Positions 42,892-53,292 of a stretch of 64,000 nucleotides of DNA are shown in pieces. Both the position numbers and the translations under genes were made by a program. Position 1 is the first letter of the stretch, and the number at the start of each line of letters is the position of its first letter. Source of the stretch: Rhodobiaceae bacterium (GTDB taxonomy: Bacteria; Pseudomonadota; Alphaproteobacteria; Rhizobiales; G965224185); NCBI GenBank assembly GCA_965224185.1, contig OZ245042.1, positions 4,804,620 through 4,868,619 on the forward strand. The letters are read 5' to 3'. The notes beneath the pieces are model-generated. The model had not been told where the DNA came from. It saw only the letters and a list, made by a program, of their open reading frames with translations, and searched no databases.

Positions 42892-44052
42892 ATGTTGACC
42901 GGAAACTGGAGCTATCCCACCGCCATTCGCTTCGGCGCCGGATGCCTGTCGGACCTGGCTGGAGCCTGCCGCGAAATCGGCATCAGCCGACCGCTGCTCA
43001 TCACCGATGCAGGCCTTGCCGCGCTGCCGCTGGTGACCGACACCGTCGCCGCTTTGCGGGATGCCGGCCTCCAGGCCGGCCTTTATCACGACGTCAAACC
43101 GAACCCGGTCGAGGCCAACATCATTGCCGGCGTGGAGGCCTATCGGGCCGGCGATCATGACGGGGTGATCGCCTTTGGCGGCGGCAGCGGGCTGGACGCG
43201 GCCAAGGTGATCGCCTTCATGCAGGGCCAGACCCGGCCGATCTGGGATTTCGAGGATATCGGCGACTGGTGGACCCGGGCCGACGGCGACGCCATCGCGC
43301 CGATCATCGCCGTGCCGACCACCGCGGGAACCGGATCGGAAGTCGGCCGCGCGGGCGTCATCACCGACGACGCGACCCACACCAAGAAGATCATCTTTCA
43401 CCCGAACATGATGCCGAAAATAGTAATTGCCGATCCGGCGGCGACGGTCGGCTTGCCGCCGCTCCTGACCGCTGGAACGGGCATGGACGCGCTGATCCAT
43501 TGCCTGGAGGCCTATTGTGCGCCCGGATATCATCCAATGGCCGAAGGCATCGCCGTGGAGGGCATTCGGCTGGCCAAGAACAATCTGGCGCGGGCCGTTG
43601 CCGACGGGACCGACATGGAGGCCCGCGCCCATATGCTGTCGGCGGCGATGATGGGAGCGACCGCCTTCCAAAAGGGGCTTGGCGGAATTCATTCCCTATC
43701 ACATCCGGTAGGCGCCCTCTACGACACCCATCACGGGCTCACCAATGCGGTATTCATGCCCTATGTGCTGGTGGTCAACCGGCCGGCGATCGCGGAGAAA
43801 ATCGAGCGGCTTGCTGCGTGGCTCGGCATCGAGGGCGGATTTGACGGATTTTTGGACTGGGTGCTGGACCTGCGCCAGACCATCGGCGTTCCCCATAGCA
43901 TCGCCGAACTGGGGGTGGATGACGGCCAGGCGGCGCTGATTGCGCGCATGGCGGTCAAGGATCCGACGGCCGGCGGGAACCCGGTGCCGCTGACCGAGGA
44001 CACCGCGCGCGACATTTTTGACCATGCTTATGCGGGGAATCTGATGCGCTGA
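42892..44052 (+). CDS. Iron-containing (group III) alcohol dehydrogenase, second paralogue
   Basis: 386 aa with IAVPTTAGTGSEVGRAG and GGIHSLSHPVGA motifs. Confidence 0.8.
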   Translation: MLTGNWSYPTAIRFGAGCLSDLAGACREIGISRPLLITDAGLAALPLVTDTVAALRDAGLQAGLYHDVKPNPVEANIIAGVEAYRAGDHDGVIAFGGGSGLDAAKVIAFMQGQTRPIWDFEDIGDWWTRADGDAIAPIIAVPTTAGTGSEVGRAGVITDDATHTKKIIFHPNMMPKIVIADPAATVGLPPLLTAGTGMDALIHCLEAYCAPGYHPMAEGIAVEGIRLAKNNLARAVADGTDMEARAHMLSAAMMGATAFQKGLGGIHSLSHPVGALYDTHHGLTNAVFMPYVLVVNRPAIAEKIERLAAWLGIEGGFDGFLDWVLDLRQTIGVPHSIAELGVDDGQAALIARMAVKDPTAGGNPVPLTEDTARDIFDHAYAGNLMR

Positions 44053-44129
44053 GCGGTCTTCGCCTCTTGCCAGCGGGGCAGGTCGCCGGGTAAAGACGGG
44101 GCCGGGCCGACTGACCGGAGAGCAACGTC

Positions 44130-44801
44130 ATGGTGGATTACGGTATCGCGCGCAGCACGATGGTGAACAACCAGTTGCGCACTTTTGACGTTTCCGACCG
44201 GGCGGTGCTTGCGGCCATGGGAGCGGTGCCCCGAGAGGCCTTCGTTCCGGCGGCCAAACGGCCGATCGCCTATCTCGACAGCAATCTGGAAGTGTCCGAG
44301 GCGACAGCCGATCGGCCGGCGCGCCACCTTTTGGCGCCAAGCACGATCGGCAGGTTGCTGCAGGCCGCTGAGATCCAATCCTCCGATATTGCGTTGGTGG
44401 TTGGCTGCACGACCGGTTATGTGGCGGCGGTCGTGGCGCAATTGGCTGATTCGGTGGTGGCGCTGGACTGCGATGCCGGTTTGGCGGACCAGGCGACGGA
44501 GACCCTGGTGGACCTGTCTGTCGACAATGCCGCCGTGGTCACGGGCGATTTGGACAAGGGCTGGCCGGAAGAGGGACCCTATGACGTGGTGGTGGTCGCC
44601 GGCGGCGTTGACACCGTCCCCGATGGGTTGCTGGAGCAGGTGCGCGACAAAGGACGATTGGCGGTTGTTGAGGGCCGCGGCGGCGCCGGGCAGGCGCTCA
44701 TATACACCCGCACGGCGGGCGTTGTGAGTCCACGGTTCATCTTCAATGCCTCGGCGCCCATCCTGCCGGGTTTTGAGCGCCAAAACGCTTTCGAATTCTA
44801 G
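44130..44801 (+). CDS. pcm: Protein-L-isoaspartate O-methyltransferase
   Basis: 223 aa containing MVNNQLRTFDVSDRAVLAAMGAVPREAFVP and the SAM-binding motif ALVVGCTTGY. The conserved pcm-tolC neighbourhood supports the call. Confidence 0.75.
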   Translation: MVDYGIARSTMVNNQLRTFDVSDRAVLAAMGAVPREAFVPAAKRPIAYLDSNLEVSEATADRPARHLLAPSTIGRLLQAAEIQSSDIALVVGCTTGYVAAVVAQLADSVVALDCDAGLADQATETLVDLSVDNAAVVTGDLDKGWPEEGPYDVVVVAGGVDTVPDGLLEQVRDKGRLAVVEGRGGAGQALIYTRTAGVVSPRFIFNASAPILPGFERQNAFEF

Positions 44802-44980
44802 CCGGGCCGCCGTTTTTTCCCTGTTGCGCCGATGTCGCATCCGTATCAATTCGCAGGGTTTTCCACACGCATCCAATTGTGTTTGCGGGCCGCAGCCGTT
44901 AACACTCTGTTATTGATTCGGTTCTCGCGTGCGTAGCGTCCGACGCGTGATGTGTTGCATTTTGACCTCGGGGTGGTTGT

Positions 44981-46369
44981 GTGATCAGTCGCGCTTTTAT
45001 CGGTACCGTGTTTTGTTTGGCTTGTTTGGCGTCTGGGTCCAGCCGGGCCGAGAGCTTGATGGAGGCGCTGGCCTCCGCCTATCAAAACAACCCGACGTTG
45101 AATGCCGCGCGTGCCTCGGTACGGGCGACCGACGAATTCGTGCCGCAGGCGCTCTCGGGATGGCGGCCGAATGTCTCGGCGTTCGCGGAACATGGACTGT
45201 CGGATAGCCGGGGCCGACGGGACAAAAAATCCAAGAGTGTCCCCACGGCGCGTTTTGGAACGACTACACACTCGACAACGCTCGGAATCGGTGCAGTTCA
45301 GCCACTTTATCGCGGCAACCGGACGGTCAATTCGACGAAGCGCGCCGAAGCTTCAGTGTTAGCGGCCCGCCAGAGCCTTCGGTCAACGACACAGACCGTA
45401 TTGCTCGATGCGGCGATCGCTTTTATGGACGTGATACGCGATACGCAAATCGTCGGCTTGCGCAAGCAGGATCTGACATTCCTGAAGGAGCAGGTGCGTG
45501 CCGCGTCCGACCGGTTCGATGTGGGTGAGGGCACGCGGACCGACGTATCTCAGGCCCGGGCGCGCGAGGCTCTGGCCGTATCCCAGCTTAATTTCGCCAA
45601 GGCCAATCTACAGGCCAGCCAGGCCGTCTATCTGCAGGTGATCGGACATCGGCCGAAAAAGCTGCGGGCCAGCTCGACCGTCGACCGGCTGGTGCCGAAT
45701 TCCATGCGTGCGGCGATCGATATATCAGTAGCCGAACATCCGAATATTCTAGCGGCACAACACCAGGTCGACTCCGCGTCGTTCAATGTCAAGACAATTG
45801 AAGGCGAGTTGTTACCGACAGTCACCCTGGAGGGCAGCGCCAGCAGAAGCTGGAACCATACCGGACCGACCAGTTGGGCTAACAACGCCGAAATTATGGG
45901 CCGGGTGACCATTCCGCTCTACCAGGGCGGCCAGGTCTATTCCCGGGTGCGCCAGGCCAAGGAGGAACTTGGCGAGGCGCGGTTGGTCGTCGATGTCACC
46001 CGCGATCGGGTGCGCGCCTTCGTCATCGCGGCCTGGGGACAGTTGGAAGCCTCGGTGGCCTCCATTCTGGCGGCGCGGGCGCAGGTGCGCGCCTCGCAAC
46101 TGGCCCTGGAAGGGGTGACCGAGGAGCAAAAGGTCGGCCAGCGCACCACGCTCGATGTGTTGAACCAGCAGAGCGAACTGATCAATGCCAGGATCAATCT
46201 GGCGACGGCGGAGCGCGACAAGGTCGTCGCCGCCTATGCCCTGGTCGCGGCGGCCGGAAGGCTGGACCCATCGCGGCTCGGACTAAACATCGTGCCTTAC
46301 AATCCGGTCAAGCATTACAAAAAAGTTCGCGACAAATGGTTCGGATTACGGACGCCGGACGGGCGGTAA
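44981..46369 (+). CDS. tolC: TolC-family outer membrane channel
   Basis: 462 aa from a GTG start. The signal peptide is ...CLACLASGSSRA. The N-terminus SLMEALASAYQNNPTLNAARA and the duplicated OEP repeats are typical of TolC. Confidence 0.8.
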   Translation: MISRAFIGTVFCLACLASGSSRAESLMEALASAYQNNPTLNAARASVRATDEFVPQALSGWRPNVSAFAEHGLSDSRGRRDKKSKSVPTARFGTTTHSTTLGIGAVQPLYRGNRTVNSTKRAEASVLAARQSLRSTTQTVLLDAAIAFMDVIRDTQIVGLRKQDLTFLKEQVRAASDRFDVGEGTRTDVSQARAREALAVSQLNFAKANLQASQAVYLQVIGHRPKKLRASSTVDRLVPNSMRAAIDISVAEHPNILAAQHQVDSASFNVKTIEGELLPTVTLEGSASRSWNHTGPTSWANNAEIMGRVTIPLYQGGQVYSRVRQAKEELGEARLVVDVTRDRVRAFVIAAWGQLEASVASILAARAQVRASQLALEGVTEEQKVGQRTTLDVLNQQSELINARINLATAERDKVVAAYALVAAAGRLDPSRLGLNIVPYNPVKHYKKVRDKWFGLRTPDGR

Positions 46370-46512
46370 TCGGGGATAATATCTGTCGAACATCATCTGC
46401 GGATTTCCGTTGTCGGACGGCTGCACGTATCATCAACCACCAAACACTGATTCGTTTTCGTTGCCGGGAAGACCGGGGATAGACGGAGCATCGGACGTCG
46501 GGGAACACGAAT

Positions 46513-47136
46513 ATGGCCGATACTGGTCAGGCCCAAGAGCCCTCCATGGAGGAAATCCTGGCGTCGATCCGCCGCATTATCAGCGATGAGGAAGGATCCG
46601 CCGAGGCCGGCGACGAGGCGCCCGAGGCCGATGCGGAGGCGCCCGAACCGGACATGGTCGGCGACGCAGATGCGGACATGTCTCAGGACGATCTGGACAA
46701 ATTGTTCGACGCGGATCCTGTGGTCGAAGATGAACCGGCCGAAGATGACGGCGGCGACGACGTTCTGGAGTTGACCGAGGATCAGGTCGTCGACACGGTA
46801 CCGCAAGACGATATCGATTTCGTCGAAGACGAGCCCGCCGAGACGCCGGAGGTGGACTTCAGCGAGGCCGAACGACCACCGGAACCGGCATTGCCGAATG
46901 TGCCGGAGCCCGGCACGGGAGAGGGCTTGCTGTCCCCGGGGCCGGATCTGGAAGTCGCGGCGGCGTTCAACAATTTGTCGACGACGCTGATCAGCCAAAA
47001 TTCAAAAACGATTGAGGATATTGTTCGAGAGATGCTGCGGCCGATGCTACGCGATTGGCTGGACGACAATCTTCCGCCGCTCGTGGAGCGGCTGGTCCGC
47101 CAGGAAATTGAGCGCGTATCCCATCGCCGCGGTTAG
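46513..47136 (+). CDS. popZ: PopZ-like polar organising protein (DUF2497)
   Basis: The N-terminal EPSMEEILASIRRIISDEE, an acidic Pro/Glu/Asp-rich middle region, and the C-terminal TIEDIVREMLRPMLRDWLDDNLPPLVERLVRQEIERV closely resemble Caulobacter PopZ architecture. Confidence 0.75.
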   Translation: MADTGQAQEPSMEEILASIRRIISDEEGSAEAGDEAPEADAEAPEPDMVGDADADMSQDDLDKLFDADPVVEDEPAEDDGGDDVLELTEDQVVDTVPQDDIDFVEDEPAETPEVDFSEAERPPEPALPNVPEPGTGEGLLSPGPDLEVAAAFNNLSTTLISQNSKTIEDIVREMLRPMLRDWLDDNLPPLVERLVRQEIERVSHRRG

Positions 47137-47319
47137 GGCATTGTCAGTAATTTGCGTGGGCGGGTGCATCTTTGGTGATGCCAACCGCAATTGCCGGACG
47201 ATGGAGGCCACGTTCCGTCGTCAATCCCGCCAAATTCGAGCGGGAAAAGACTGCCAGATTCTTGAGGGGAACGGCAGAAACTGAATTTTGAAGTCCTGGT
47301 GCCAAATCCAGCGCCAGGA

Positions 47320-48978
47320 CTATTCTTTATGTGCCGCCTTCGCCGCCCGCTGCTGCAAAAGCTCTGTCAGCCAGTCCGGGTCCATTTCCGGGACCGAGGA
47401 TAACAGCAGATCCGTGTAGTCATGATGGGGCGGGGTGAACATCTCGTCTTTCGGGCCGCTTTCCACCACTTCGCCCTGCAACATCACCACCACCTCATCT
47501 GAAATCGCCCGTACCGTGGCCAGGTCGTGGGTGATGAACATATAGGCCAGGCTCAGTTCCTCCCGGAGCCGGTAAAGCAGCTTCAGGATGCCTTCCGCGA
47601 CCAACTGATCGAGGGCCGACGTGACTTCGTCGCAGATGATGAATTCCGGTTCGGCGGCAAGCGCCCGGGCGATGCAGATACGCTGTTTCTGGCCGCCGGA
47701 TAACTCGCTCGGCAGGCGATCGATGAAGTCGTCCGGATCGAGTTCGATCTGCTCTAACAGCGCCCGGATACGGGCTTCCTTTTTCGCACCGCGCATGCCG
47801 AGATAAAATTCCAGCGGCCGGCCGATTATGTCACGGATCCGCTGCTTGGGATTCATGGCGGTGTCGGGCATCTGGTAGATCATCTGGATCTGCCGTAACT
47901 GATCCTTCGACCGCTGGCGGAAATCCGCGGGCAGGGGCTCGCCATTGTAAAGCACCCGCCCTTCTTTCGGGGGCAGCAATCCGGTGATCACCCGAGCTGC
48001 CGTACTCTTGCCGGAGCCGGATTCTCCGACCACCGCGACCGTCCGGCCCTTGTGAATGTCGAAGGATATGTCATGCAGCACCGGCACCGTGCCATAGGCG
48101 GCGGTCACATGATCGACGCGGATGACCGGCACGTCGCCTTCCGGCGCCAACGGCTTCTGCTCGGTGATGAAGCTACGCACCGCCCAAAGCGACTTGGTGT
48201 AGTCCTCCTTGGGATCGGACAACATGGTCCGGGTGTCGGAGGCCTCCACCAGGTTGCCATAGCGCAGGACCATGATCTTGTCGGCCATCTGGGCGACCAC
48301 CGCCAGGTCGTGGGTGATATAGATCGCCGCGGTATCGAATTGCTCCACGATGTCGCGGATGGCGGCGAGCACCTCGATCTGGGTGGTCACATCGAGCGCC
48401 GTGGTCGGCTCGTCGAAAATGATCAGGTCCGGACGGCAGGACATGGCCATGGCCGTCATGGCACGCTGCAACTGGCCGCCGGAGACCTGATGCGGATAGC
48501 GGAAACCGATTTCGTCCGGATTGGGAAGCTGTAGCCGGCGATAGAGGTCGATGGCGTCTTCATTGGCTTCAGACGTCGACTTGATGCCGTGCTGAACCGG
48601 TGCTTCCGAATATTGCTCGATCAGCTTGTGCGCCGGGTTGAAGGCGGCCGCCGCCGATTGCGCCACATAGGCGATGCGGGCGCCACGCAACGCGCGCTTC
48701 TGCTCTTCCGGCGCGCTGACGAGTTCCATGCCGTCGAACATTACGGTGCCGGCGGAAATGCGGCAGCCGTCGCGGGTGAAGCCCATGGCCGCCAGGCCGA
48801 TGGTCGACTTGCCGGCACCGGATTCGCCGATCAATCCAAGCACTTCGCCTTTCTTGAGATCGATATCCACGCCATGGACGATCTCCGACCAAACCTCGTC
48901 GGCGCGGCCCTCGATTTTCAGGCCGCGGATCTGAAGGAGGGTTTCGCCGTTATTGCCGTTTGCGTCAGTCATGGTCAT
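47320..48978 (-). CDS. Fused double ATPase of a Dpp/Opp/Gsi-type ABC importer (GsiA-like)
   Basis: 552 aa with two nucleotide-binding domains. The first has [17 protein letters not shown] and [11 protein letters not shown]. The second has [17 protein letters not shown] and [12 protein letters not shown]. Confidence 0.85.
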   Translation of the reverse strand: MTMTDANGNNGETLLQIRGLKIEGRADEVWSEIVHGVDIDLKKGEVLGLIGESGAGKSTIGLAAMGFTRDGCRISAGTVMFDGMELVSAPEEQKRALRGARIAYVAQSAAAAFNPAHKLIEQYSEAPVQHGIKSTSEANEDAIDLYRRLQLPNPDEIGFRYPHQVSGGQLQRAMTAMAMSCRPDLIIFDEPTTALDVTTQIEVLAAIRDIVEQFDTAAIYITHDLAVVAQMADKIMVLRYGNLVEASDTRTMLSDPKEDYTKSLWAVRSFITEQKPLAPEGDVPVIRVDHVTAAYGTVPVLHDISFDIHKGRTVAVVGESGSGKSTAARVITGLLPPKEGRVLYNGEPLPADFRQRSKDQLRQIQMIYQMPDTAMNPKQRIRDIIGRPLEFYLGMRGAKKEARIRALLEQIELDPDDFIDRLPSELSGGQKQRICIARALAAEPEFIICDEVTSALDQLVAEGILKLLYRLREELSLAYMFITHDLATVRAISDEVVVMLQGEVVESGPKDEMFTPPHHDYTDLLLSSVPEMDPDWLTELLQQRAAKAAHKE

Positions 48979-49802
48979 TCCTTCAATCCGCTGGCTTTGT
49001 GCAGCATCCAGTCGACGACGAAATTGACGGCGACGGTGAGCAGGGCAATGGCCCCGGCCGGCAGCAGCGGCGTGATATCGCCGAAGGTGATCAGCGTGGC
49101 ATTGTCGCGCACCATGGAACCCCAGTCGGCGGTCGGCGGCTGAATGCCGAGGCCGAGAAAGCTGAGCGCGGAGATAAACAGGAACACGAAGCAGAACCGA
49201 AGCCCGAATTCGGCGACCAGCGGCGGCATGGCGTTCGGCAGGATTTCATGGCGGATCAACCACCACAGGCCTTCACCGCGCAGCTTGGCAACCTCCACGA
49301 AATCCATCACCACGATGTTCATCGATACCGCCCGGGCCAGGCGAAAGACGCGGGTGGAATCGAGCACCGCGATGACCAGGATCAGCGACGTGACCGAGGT
49401 GCCCACAATGGTCAGGATCAGCAGGGCGAAGATCAGTTGCGGGATGGCCATCAGGATGTCGATGACCCGGCTTAGGATGTTGTCGGTCCAGCCGCCCACC
49501 GTTGACGCCAAAAGGCCCATCAGGCCGCCGAGCACGAAGGCCAGCAAGGTGGTGGCCAGGGCAATGCCGACAGTGTTGCGCGCGCCATAGATCAGGCGGG
49601 TATACATGTCGCGGCCGAGATTGTCGGTGCCCAATATGAAGTCGCCGCCCCAAGGCTCATATTCCGATCCCACCACCTGCGTTTCCGCATAGGGGGTTAT
49701 GACCGGCGCGACCAGGGCCACGAACAGGTAGACGGCGATGACGACCATGCCGAACCAGGCGGTGGGCGGCGCGGTTTTCAGGAATTTCCAGGTATTGCCC
49801 AT
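48975..49802 (-). CDS. ABC importer permease (DppC/GsiD-like)
   Basis: 275-aa polytopic protein with a LGTDNLGRDMYTRLIYGAR motif. Its stop overlaps the ATPase start. Confidence 0.8.
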   Translation of the reverse strand: MGNTWKFLKTAPPTAWFGMVVIAVYLFVALVAPVITPYAETQVVGSEYEPWGGDFILGTDNLGRDMYTRLIYGARNTVGIALATTLLAFVLGGLMGLLASTVGGWTDNILSRVIDILMAIPQLIFALLILTIVGTSVTSLILVIAVLDSTRVFRLARAVSMNIVVMDFVEVAKLRGEGLWWLIRHEILPNAMPPLVAEFGLRFCFVFLFISALSFLGLGIQPPTADWGSMVRDNATLITFGDITPLLPAGAIALLTVAVNFVVDWMLHKASGLKE

Positions 49803-49808
49803 GACCGC

Positions 49809-50765
49809 CTACCTCGGATGCAGAAGTCGCGGATTGGAGATGATCGACAGGACATCCGCAAGCAGGTTCAAGATGATATAGGTGGCGGCGAAAATCAGGC
49901 TGGCGGCCTGGACCACGGTAATGTCGCGCTTTGATACCGAGTCCACCAGCAACTGGCCGAGGCCCGGATAGACGAAGACGACTTCGACGACCACGACCCC
50001 GACAACGAGATAGGCGAGGTTCAGGGCGACAACGTTGATGATCGGGGCGAGCGCGTTGGGCAGGGCGTGATGCACGATCACCCGCGACCGCTTGATCCCC
50101 TTCAGGCGCGCCATTTCGATATAGGGGCTCGCCAGGAGATTGATGATTGCCGCCCGGGTCATGCGCATCATATGGGCGACGACCACCAGCGTCAGCGTCA
50201 GGGCCGGCAGGAATGTGCGGTAGAGCATCTCGGTGAACGAGGTGTCCGGTGACACATTGGAGAGGCTCGGGAACCAGCCGGCGCGCACCGAGACGAACAG
50301 GATGAGGATATAGGCGACGAAAAATTCGGGGAAGGAGATCGACGACAGGGTGAAAATATTGATCAGGCGATCGAACAGAGAGTTGCGATAAAGCGCCGCC
50401 AGAATCCCCAATGCCAGGGCCAGCGGGACCGAGATAACCGCGGCGAACCCGGCCAGGAAAAGCGTGTTTACCAACCGCTCGCCGAGCAGTTCGGAGATCT
50501 CGCGATTGTTGGCCAGCGACTTGCCGAAATCGCCGGTCAGAATTCCGCCGAGCCAGTCGAAATAGCGATAGACCGCGGGCTGGTCCAGGCCAAGTTCCTT
50601 GCGGAACGCGGCCACGGTTTCCGGCGTTGCCGCCTGTCCGAGTATTTCCTGGGCGAGGTCGCCCGGCAGTAATTCGATGCCTAAAAAGATGATGACCGAT
50701 ACGACCCAAAGGGTCAGAAGGCCGAGCCCGAGCCTTTGGAGTACCAGCTTGAGAATGGGATGCAT
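49809..50765 (-). CDS. ABC importer permease (DppB/GsiC-like)
   Basis: 318 aa with the N-terminus ILKLVLQRLGLGLLTLWVVSVIIF and a SPYIEMARLKGI motif. Confidence 0.8.
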   Translation of the reverse strand: MHPILKLVLQRLGLGLLTLWVVSVIIFLGIELLPGDLAQEILGQAATPETVAAFRKELGLDQPAVYRYFDWLGGILTGDFGKSLANNREISELLGERLVNTLFLAGFAAVISVPLALALGILAALYRNSLFDRLINIFTLSSISFPEFFVAYILILFVSVRAGWFPSLSNVSPDTSFTEMLYRTFLPALTLTLVVVAHMMRMTRAAIINLLASPYIEMARLKGIKRSRVIVHHALPNALAPIINVVALNLAYLVVGVVVVEVVFVYPGLGQLLVDSVSKRDITVVQAASLIFAATYIILNLLADVLSIISNPRLLHPR

Positions 50766-51146
50766 GATGTCGTCGGTGTGGGAACTGAAGAATAGGCACA
50801 GGCCGCGGCCGAGCCCGGTTTAGATATTATTGGACGCGCCTGCGACAGGTATTGGCGAGGGATCGCCGTGTCGCTTCCAAGATCGGAGTGCCGCAATCGA
50901 CAGAACCGATTGGTTCGTCGTCCGCCCCCGATTCCGCAGCGCCGCCTTGGCCTGTGGTCATTGTCACCTCCCGTCCACCCGATTGTTTATTGTTATGTGT
51001 GATTGTGCCGCTGGCGCGCGGGGTGTCAATAGATGGCAGCAATAAAGGAGCCGGACGCCCGCCGGGTACCGAGATCCGTCAACGCCAGTGTGGCGGCGAC
51101 CAGATCGGCGAATTGTTCGTGCGGACCTGGTATTGCCGCCCGCCGG

Positions 51147-52184
51147 TCATGCGGGCCGGTTGTCGTTCACGGCCAACAACTTACCGGCCGCGAAGTCGTT
51201 CTCCTGGAGGGCGTGAAGGATACCGACAAGGCATTCGTCGCGCTTGGTCACCAGATCGGCATTGGACAATCCGTCTGCCTGATCGTCGGACTGCTCGACC
51301 ATGCGATCGATCAGGGCGTCGTCCAGGTCCGGCACGTCCGTGAGCTTGGTCCAGGGGAGTTTCAATGTCGGCGCGAAGTGCTGCAGGAAATGGCGCATGC
51401 CATCCTCGCCGCCGGCAAGCCGATAGGTGAGAAAGGTCCCCATTAGCGCCCACCGCAAGCCGGGTCCGTAGCGAATGGCGTCGTCGATCTCCTCCATGGT
51501 CGCGATTTCGTCCTTGACCAACCACAATGCCTCCCGCCATAGGGCTTCTTGCAGACGGTCCGAGATAAAGCCGTCAATTTCCTTGCATAGGCGCAGCGGG
51601 TACATGCCGATCCGGGAATAGAAGTCCCGGGCCTGGTCGACGGCGGCAGGGTCGGTTCTCTCGCCGGCACATAGTTCCACCAGAGGCAGCAAATAGACCG
51701 GGTTGAACGGATGGCCGACCAGGAAGCGCCCCGGCCGCGCCATATCGGCCTGCAGGCGGCTTGGCAGGAGTCCGGAGGTGGACGAGCAAATCAACGCATC
51801 CGGCCGGCAGTAATGATCGATTTCGGCAAAGATGTGGCGCTTAAGGTCCTCGTTCTCTGGGATGCTTTCTTGTATAAAATCGGCGTCTTCCACAGATTTT
51901 TTAATGTCATTTCTGAATTTGATGCTTCCCCGGTAATTCTGCTTGCTACGATAAAGACATTGAAGAGCTGGCTCTGCCGCATGCAATACCTTGCGAACAC
52001 GGCGTTCAGCTTCGGGATGGGGATCGAAAACGGTAACATCGATACCGTGCCACATCATCCGGGCCGCCCAGCCACCACCAATGACGCCACCGCCGATCAG
52101 GGCGGCCTTTTTTATATTGTTCACAATACCCTCCGGCGCTCGTGCGTGTTGGTGTTCAATTTCTGTCGGACGGAAGATGCCCAA
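51147..52184 (-). CDS. L-carnitine dehydrogenase-like 3-hydroxyacyl-CoA dehydrogenase-family enzyme
   Basis: The Rossmann motif is ALIGGGVIGGGW. HPFNPVYLLPLVEL and EALWREALWLVKD...GGEDGMRHFLQHFAPTLKLPWTKLTDVPDLDD closely resemble LcdH-type enzymes as I recall them. Confidence 0.65.
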   Translation of the reverse strand: MGIFRPTEIEHQHARAPEGIVNNIKKAALIGGGVIGGGWAARMMWHGIDVTVFDPHPEAERRVRKVLHAAEPALQCLYRSKQNYRGSIKFRNDIKKSVEDADFIQESIPENEDLKRHIFAEIDHYCRPDALICSSTSGLLPSRLQADMARPGRFLVGHPFNPVYLLPLVELCAGERTDPAAVDQARDFYSRIGMYPLRLCKEIDGFISDRLQEALWREALWLVKDEIATMEEIDDAIRYGPGLRWALMGTFLTYRLAGGEDGMRHFLQHFAPTLKLPWTKLTDVPDLDDALIDRMVEQSDDQADGLSNADLVTKRDECLVGILHALQENDFAAGKLLAVNDNRPA

Positions 52185-52269
52185 TGCACGTTGCGTTCAA
52201 TCGGGTTCAATATGAACACCTGAATGACCGTGTGGTTTGATTTCTAACTCCATTTTATCAGAGCATGCA

Positions 52270-53163
52270 CTATCCGCGCCGGGTGAGGTTCAGCTTTTCG
52301 CGCACCGCGTCGGGGCCGAGAATGTTGACATTCATGGCGCCGAGAATGGAGACGGCGCGCTCGACCAATTGGCCGTTGGTCGCCAATTCGCCGCGTGTCA
52401 GGTAGATATTGTCTTCCAGTCCAACCCGCACATTGCCGCCGACCATCGGCGCCAGCGCCACATAAGGCAGTTGGTTGCGGCCGATGGAAAATGCCGAAAA
52501 GATGCTGTTTTCCGGTAACTGATTGACCATGGCGAGCAGGGTGCCCGGATCATCGGGCGCACCATAGGGAATGCCCATGCAAAGCTGGATGAGCGCCGGA
52601 TCGTCGATCAGGCCTTCGGCGATCATCCGCTTGACGAAGACCAGATGACCGGTATCGAACACCTCCAGTTCCGGACGCACGCCGAGCGCCTGAACCTGGC
52701 GCGCCAGGTCCCGCAGCATGTTCGGCGTGTTGGTCATGATGTAGTCACCTTCGCCGAAATTCATGCTGCCGCAATCGATGGTGCAAATATCGGGCAATAG
52801 CTCGCGCACGTAATTCAGGCGCTCGCTGGCCGGTGCAAGGTCGGTCCCTTCAGGATCAAGGGGCAGGGGTGCCTCGACCGGCCCGACCACCACGTCGCCA
52901 CCCATGCCGGCCGTGCAATTCAAAATGAGATCGGGATCGACCTCTCGAATACGCCCCACCACTTCGCGGAACAGATCCGGATCGCGCGCCGGCGCTCCTG
53001 TTTCGGGATTACGCACATGCAGATGGGCGATCGCCGCGCCGGCCTTGCCGGCCTCGATGGCCGCTTCCGCGATCTGCTTCGGCGTTATGGGAACTTTGTC
53101 GCTCTTGCCGACCGTATCGCCGGAGCCGGTCACCGCGCAGGTGATGAAAACGTCCCAATTCAT
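52270..53163 (-). CDS. BKACE-family (3-keto-5-aminohexanoate cleavage-like, DUF849) enzyme
   Basis: The start MNWDVFITCAVTGSGDT follows GGAGAGA. PITPKQIAEAAIEAGKAGAAIAHLHVRNPETG is typical of BKACE. The ORF-track start at 53223 is likely too far upstream. Confidence 0.75.
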   Translation of the reverse strand: MNWDVFITCAVTGSGDTVGKSDKVPITPKQIAEAAIEAGKAGAAIAHLHVRNPETGAPARDPDLFREVVGRIREVDPDLILNCTAGMGGDVVVGPVEAPLPLDPEGTDLAPASERLNYVRELLPDICTIDCGSMNFGEGDYIMTNTPNMLRDLARQVQALGVRPELEVFDTGHLVFVKRMIAEGLIDDPALIQLCMGIPYGAPDDPGTLLAMVNQLPENSIFSAFSIGRNQLPYVALAPMVGGNVRVGLEDNIYLTRGELATNGQLVERAVSILGAMNVNILGPDAVREKLNLTRRG

Positions 53164-53292
53164 GTGTCTCTCCAAGTCGCTCGCTCGGCAGACTAGTCTC
53201 AACGGGGCGCGCGGAATTGGCAATACTCGACGGATATTGGACGGGAAACGGCATTTGAGCCATCGCCATAATCGGCCGTCGCGTCTGCGTGG

